A stretch of 64,000 nucleotides of DNA from Candidatus Heimdallarchaeota archaeon. Lineage in GTDB: Archaea > Asgardarchaeota > Heimdallarchaeia > Hodarchaeales > Hodarchaeaceae. This document shows positions 59,442 to 64,000 of this stretch, piece after piece (position 1 is the first letter of the stretch; each line of letters opens with the position of its first letter). The translations under genes were made by a program, and so were the position numbers. The DNA lies in NCBI GenBank assembly GCA_011364965.1, contig RDOB01000003.1:496939-560938 (forward strand). The letters are read 5' to 3'. Under the pieces are notes generated by a model. It ran no database searches and was not told where the DNA came from. It saw only the letters and a list, made by a program, of their open reading frames with translations.

Positions 59442-59503
59442 TAAGTGAACGTTCATTCACTTAAAAATGAATCTATTTAGTGAATGAATGTTCATTCACT
59501 TAA
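59442..59503. promoter_or_regulatory. Two palindromic TetR-type operators
   Basis: AGTGAATGAA-tg-TTCATTCACT (59479-59500, perfect 10-bp arms) and TAAGTGAACGTTCATTCACTTA (59442-59463); both contain GTTCATTCACTTAA. Confidence 0.8.
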
Positions 59504-59516
59504 GATGGTGAGAAAA

Positions 59517-60125
59517 ATGAACTGGAATAAATCTGAAAAAATCAATAATGAGAATTTAAACGACGTAAGAAAACGATTAATGAAACGTATGATACAAATC
59601 AGCCTACCAATAATATTGATCACAGCTACTCTCGTGATACTCGTATTGGAACTATCAGGATATCCTGGTACATTGGATGACACTCAGCTAGGATTTAGTG
59701 CTGAAATAATTAGAACACATTTTGCCATGATGACTTCTGAAGGTATGACACTCTTCATTCTAGGAAATCTCTTAGATTATGTATTCATAATCTCTTATGG
59801 TTGTTTTTTCTATAGTAGTGCCAGATATCTTTCGTGGAACTATCAAAAGGGAAGTATATCTCAAAAAATGGGCAAGTTGATCGCCTGGATTGGAGTTTTA
59901 AGTGCCCTCAGTGATAGTATAGAAAATATATTCCTCCTTTCGATGACTGCTAATCCAGTAGGATTTCCAAACTGGTTGGCTATAGCACATTCGACATTTG
60001 CACTTCTCAAATTCATTCTTATGTATCTAACTATAGGTGGATTAGTCTTCTCCTTAGTGTTAAACAAAATTCCTTTGACCTCTAAGCGAATAAATAATAA
60101 AATTCCGACTGATTTCGTAAAATAA
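59517..60125 (+). CDS. Four-TM membrane protein
   Basis: LDYVFIISY and SDSIEN motifs; start ATG 59517 after GGTGA (the ORF-track start lies inside the operator). Confidence 0.7.
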   Translation: MNWNKSEKINNENLNDVRKRLMKRMIQISLPIILITATLVILVLELSGYPGTLDDTQLGFSAEIIRTHFAMMTSEGMTLFILGNLLDYVFIISYGCFFYSSARYLSWNYQKGSISQKMGKLIAWIGVLSALSDSIENIFLLSMTANPVGFPNWLAIAHSTFALLKFILMYLTIGGLVFSLVLNKIPLTSKRINNKIPTDFVK

Positions 60126-60141
60126 GCAGTATTGGGTAAGA

Positions 60142-60834
60142 ATGATGAATGAAACTACTATAGGTTCGATTAAAACCATTACATTTCGAGGGGTTAATTG
60201 TTACCTTATAAAAACCAATGAGGATTATATCTTAGTCGATAGTGGGTATTCTAATCAGCGTATTAATATTGAAAATGCCCTAGAAAGCGCTGATGTTCAA
60301 CTCGGGAACCTCAAGTTAATCTTGTTGACTCACGGGGATTTTGACCATTCAGGTAATTGTGCATATCTCCGAGAGAAATATCAAAGTAAAATAGCTATGA
60401 ATAAAGATGATTTAGGAATGGTTGAACAAGGGGATCTGTTCTATTCCAGAGAAAGTCGGAATATAATCATTAGAGCACTTGTTAAAATCATGCTGCCATT
60501 ATTAAGGATGAGTTTGAAGAAAAATGATCGATTTACCCCAGATATTTATCTCGAGGAAGGGGATGATCTTTCTGAATATGGATTTAACGCAAAAGTTGTT
60601 CATCTCCCTGGACACTCCAAGGGGTCTATTGGATTTCATACAGCAGAGGGAAATCTCTTCATTGGCGACATACTCGAAAACAATGAAAAACAAGGACCAG
60701 CAAGGGGCTCTCTGATCGATAATTCCGTAGATTTTGATGCAAGTATCGCTAAACTGAGAACAATATCATTAAAAATTGTATATCCTGGACATGGCAATCC
60801 ATTCCCGATGGAAAACTACCTAAAAAACTACTGA
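60142..60834 (+). CDS. MBL-fold metallo-hydrolase
   Basis: LVDSG, THGDFDHSG, LPGHSKGS, IGD, YPGHG. Confidence 0.92.
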   Translation: MMNETTIGSIKTITFRGVNCYLIKTNEDYILVDSGYSNQRINIENALESADVQLGNLKLILLTHGDFDHSGNCAYLREKYQSKIAMNKDDLGMVEQGDLFYSRESRNIIIRALVKIMLPLLRMSLKKNDRFTPDIYLEEGDDLSEYGFNAKVVHLPGHSKGSIGFHTAEGNLFIGDILENNEKQGPARGSLIDNSVDFDASIAKLRTISLKIVYPGHGNPFPMENYLKNY

Positions 60835-60838
60835 TAAT

Positions 60839-60990
60839 GTGAAAAATTTGGAAAAAAAGGAGAAATAGGGGAATCTTTGGATCCTGCTGTTTCTTCCAAG
60901 CTCATCTACAGACATTTAGGATATAAAGGGATCCATCTTAGAAATAAATGTAGAGAGATTGGAAAGACGATTGCTACTCAACTTGAATAG
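60839..60990 (+). pseudogene. Decayed 3' copy of the flavodoxin gene at 22087-22551
   Basis: Shared blocks include cttccaagct, ggatat.aaggga.ccatctt, taaatgtagaga and ctcaactt.aat; contains indels. Confidence 0.8.
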
Positions 60991-61111
60991 ACCCAATAAA
61001 AAATACGTGTATTAGGAGAAGTATTATACATTGGCCGTTGAAGAAAGTTCTGTAATCCTACAAGTTATAAAGAGGATTATATGTACTCTGCATGATTAGA
61101 ATACAAATGAA

Positions 61112-62431
61112 GTGATGAAGCTGGCTAATGGCGCTGTAATGGTATTACTATTACCTTCTGTTTTCATTTCTTTTATCCTAATAATCATATTGATCTATTA
61201 TAGTACAGCAAAAGAAAAGGAGTTTACAGAATCAGCAAAACTGCTAATCGAAAATCATTTCCCTCAATTAAGTACAACCATAATTTCAGAGGGGGGATTT
61301 TTCTCAAATCCTGAAATCCAAGCTTCCCCAAGTAATACGACTCATCCTATACGTGACCTAGACCTAAAATACAAGGTTTATGGGAGTGGAAAACACCAAC
61401 ACCAGGATCTACTTCTTTCAGCGGTCATTTCAGCTGAAAAAAGCGTAAATAACGAATTCTCAGCTATTATTAAGAAAGAGGGAGTCATAGGCCGAATTTT
61501 TGGCGGGGAGAATGTACAACTAGGACATCAAATTTTAGATGATCGGTTACTTATCCGGGGTTCTAATCCAGGTTTAGTTCAGTCATATTTAATTAAAGAT
61601 AATTTCCAGATCGCATCGAAAATTGCTAATATTTCTGATTTGAAAGAGTGTAAATTGGAACATTGTCAAGACACTATTAATGTTGTTATTCGATCAGACC
61701 ACACTGATATTCGATATGTAAGCGCACTTCTAAACCTTATTTCTGCTATCGCAAATATAGATGCATTATACCCTAAATCCCAAGAAAAGCGTGTCTTTGG
61801 AACAATAACTCGAAAAGCGACTGCAAAAATCCCGCATAGAAGGCAACGATTCAAGAATGTTCCAGCAAGCGACTCGTATGAAGGGTTATTAAATGCACCT
61901 TCACCAATTTCCATGAAAGAGAATAATCAATCCAATGCGATATCAGCTGACGGTCTATTTGAGCAAATCAAAGAAAGCCTCTTTGATATAAGCTATATTG
62001 CATCTAAGCATAAAATCTCAGATACCTCAGCAGAACTTATTTTCAATATCGGATTTTTTCAGAAGATAAATTTTACATGGGATACGCAAACAATTCAGGT
62101 ATCAGGAACCAAGAAAGAATCATTGATCCCTTTCTGGATTGAAATGACAGTCCAGTCAATAAAAAAGGAAGAAATGAGGTTTTATGATCCCTTTGAGGAT
62201 ATTGAAGTAAGAACAGACCCCAAAGAATTAGCAGATACGGTTAAAAAAAGGTTTGAGCTAGCTCAAATTCTGAATAAAATGACGGGGGATTTTCCCACAA
62301 CTATAGAAATTACTTCTGATCAACATACCATTAGGTTTTCAATAATGGCTCCTACTCATCCAGATAATATTGATCCCCTTTGTGAGTTGAGTCAGAGCAT
62401 TGGTTGGTTTCTTGAATTCTCTTTTCTCTAA
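61112..62431 (+). CDS. Hypothetical membrane-anchored protein (DUF3137-like segment)
   Basis: N-terminal TM; GENVQLGHQILDDRLLIRGSNP. Confidence 0.6.
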   Translation: MMKLANGAVMVLLLPSVFISFILIIILIYYSTAKEKEFTESAKLLIENHFPQLSTTIISEGGFFSNPEIQASPSNTTHPIRDLDLKYKVYGSGKHQHQDLLLSAVISAEKSVNNEFSAIIKKEGVIGRIFGGENVQLGHQILDDRLLIRGSNPGLVQSYLIKDNFQIASKIANISDLKECKLEHCQDTINVVIRSDHTDIRYVSALLNLISAIANIDALYPKSQEKRVFGTITRKATAKIPHRRQRFKNVPASDSYEGLLNAPSPISMKENNQSNAISADGLFEQIKESLFDISYIASKHKISDTSAELIFNIGFFQKINFTWDTQTIQVSGTKKESLIPFWIEMTVQSIKKEEMRFYDPFEDIEVRTDPKELADTVKKRFELAQILNKMTGDFPTTIEITSDQHTIRFSIMAPTHPDNIDPLCELSQSIGWFLEFSFL

Positions 62432-62457
62432 TGGAGGATAAGATTATTTCCTAGAGG

Positions 62458-63648
62458 ATGATCCAACTAGGGACAACGAACTTTCAAGAAATAACAGTTA
62501 AAAAAGAAACATCCAATAATACCAATATTATGGTAAATCTACGAGACTTAGGTTGGTCATGTGGCAGGTATGTACCAGGTGAAGCTAATGCTATAACTGA
62601 TGTCCCCGGGGTTTCTGTTGGTCATAAAACTCTCATTAAAGGAAATGGCGAACTAGTTCCTGGAAAAGGACCTATTCGTACAGGTGTAACCATGATTCTT
62701 CCTCATGGCAGAAACATTTTCAGAGAAAAAGTACCTGCAGGGATTTTTGTTGCTAATGGTTTTGGAAAAACCACTGGTATTGCCCAAATCCTGGAAACAA
62801 GATATCTCGAAACTCCAATAGCCTTGACTAACACATTAAATGTAGGCTTGGTTTTTGATGCTTTAGTTAGCTATGCGATAAGAAATAGTCCAGAAATTGG
62901 AATAAAAACAGGATCAGTAAATCCCGTTGTTACAGAGTGCTTTGATGGGTATTTAAATGATATTCAAGGCCGACATGTAAAAGAAGCGCACGTTGTAGAG
63001 GCAATAACCCAAGCTAAACCCGGTAGAGTACCACAGGGAAATGTAGGGGCAGGAACAGGTATGCAAGTTTTCGGATTAAAGAGTGGGATAGGTACTGCTT
63101 CGAGGATAGTACTAGGGGAAAAAATTGACAATGATAAGCCCTATTATATAGGTGCACTTGTATTACCGAATTTTGGCGAATTTAAAGATTTTAACTTCTA
63201 TGGAATCGAAATGGCATCAATTCTTGATCGTGAAAAGTATTTCCCTAAGATGGACGATAAGTGGCTAAACACAGCGGGAGGTGGATCAATCATTGTTGTA
63301 ATTGCCACAAATTTGCCTCTCAATGGACATCAGCTAAGTCGATTAGCTTACAGGGGAGCATTTGGCGTTGCAAGAACTGGATCAATATTAAGTCATACAA
63401 GTGGAGATTTTGTGATAGCATTCTCAACACAAAATACCCTAGTTCACGGTACCAAAGACCCTCTCCTCAAAGAAATATTAATTAATGATACCAGCCCATT
63501 AGTTTCAGATATCTTCAGAGCTACGATTGATTCAGTTCAAGAAGCAATTTATAATGCTATTTTAGCTGCTGAAACCTTAGTAGGACGAGATAATCACATT
63601 CGCGTTTCTTTAGACCTCGAGGATCTTCCTAAATCGCCAGAGAGTTAA
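62458..63648 (+). CDS. dmpA: D-aminopeptidase DmpA / peptidase S58
   Basis: NAITDVPGVSVGH, RTGVT, NGFGK, ECFDGYLND, GNVGAGTGM, GGGSIIVVIATN (Gly-Ser autocleavage), SGDFVIAFST. Start likely ATG 62530. Confidence 0.9.
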   Translation: MIQLGTTNFQEITVKKETSNNTNIMVNLRDLGWSCGRYVPGEANAITDVPGVSVGHKTLIKGNGELVPGKGPIRTGVTMILPHGRNIFREKVPAGIFVANGFGKTTGIAQILETRYLETPIALTNTLNVGLVFDALVSYAIRNSPEIGIKTGSVNPVVTECFDGYLNDIQGRHVKEAHVVEAITQAKPGRVPQGNVGAGTGMQVFGLKSGIGTASRIVLGEKIDNDKPYYIGALVLPNFGEFKDFNFYGIEMASILDREKYFPKMDDKWLNTAGGGSIIVVIATNLPLNGHQLSRLAYRGAFGVARTGSILSHTSGDFVIAFSTQNTLVHGTKDPLLKEILINDTSPLVSDIFRATIDSVQEAIYNAILAAETLVGRDNHIRVSLDLEDLPKSPES

Positions 63649-63661
63649 ATATAAGAATCTT

Positions 63662-63760
63662 TCTAAGTTTTCTATAACGGTTAATGCTGCACCGAAAGTT
63701 CTAAGTACAAGAACTATTGTACCAACAATACATCCTAATAGAAGAACTGATTCTTTCAGG
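63662..63760 (-). pseudogene. Decayed 3' copy (TM anchor) of the surface protein gene at 45190-46977
   Basis: agttttctataacgg-ttaatgc..caccgaaagttc...tacaagaac.attg is shared with 45190-45290; contains indels. Confidence 0.8.
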
Positions 63761-63797
63761 TGGCCGCTTTAAATTCTTTATATAAGAAGGGGGCCTT

Positions 63798-64000
63798 TCA
63801 GTATCCCATAACTTTCATGAATCTTTTGGTAGGTATGATTGCATTCTGCTGGAAATCATTCAGATTCTTCAGAAGAAGGTGGGAACCTGACCCTCCAAGA
63901 ACATGATACCTCTCTAAAGTTAAGATTTGGCCAATATATACGATGAAATTATTCATAACTGCTGTAACATCCAGAGAAATGTCAGAACTGGTGTTTCTTT
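63798..64000 (-). CDS. 3' end of an unidentified CDS entering from beyond the window
   Basis: Open frame RNTSSDISLD...IIPTKRFMKVMGY* from the window edge to TGA at 63798-63800. Confidence 0.4.
   Translation of the reverse strand, partial: RNTSSDISLDVTAVMNNFIVYIGQILTLERYHVLGGSGSHLLLKNLNDFQQNAIIPTKRFMKVMGY

Noticed and set aside
1-64000. rRNA, tRNA, CRISPR arrays, IS elements, proviral genes
   Set aside because: None recognised by eye; tRNAscan-SE, Infernal and ISEScan would be needed to exclude small or degenerate ones.

Overview
AT-rich, gene-dense accessory region of an archaeal genome, most likely Asgard (Heimdallarchaeia/Hodarchaeales-like). That assignment is an inference from GGTGA/GGAGG ribosome-binding sites, TATA-like promoters, many TTG/GTG starts and the gene families present; there is no marker gene. 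About 50 CDS in mixed orientation encode peptide/amino-acid catabolism, methyl- and acetyltransferases, redox enzymes, V4R-clan proteins, regulators and surface proteins. I saw no rRNA, tRNA, CRISPR array or transposase. Top candidates for new biology: (1) a two-gene membrane receptor system, dCache-HAMP-TPR-vWA plus an output-less dCache-HAMP partner, whose ligand pockets both carry an Arg-to-Glu swap and which lies divergent from arginine decarboxylase, suggesting a polyamine/agmatine sensor with a non-canonical output; (2) a convergent beta-propeller/winged-helix/FYVE-RING-like zinc finger protein resembling eukaryotic trafficking proteins; (3) intergenic spacers built from truncated, mostly 3'-terminal gene relics, three of which match intact genes elsewhere in this window. 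All family calls come from motif recognition by eye; no searches were run.
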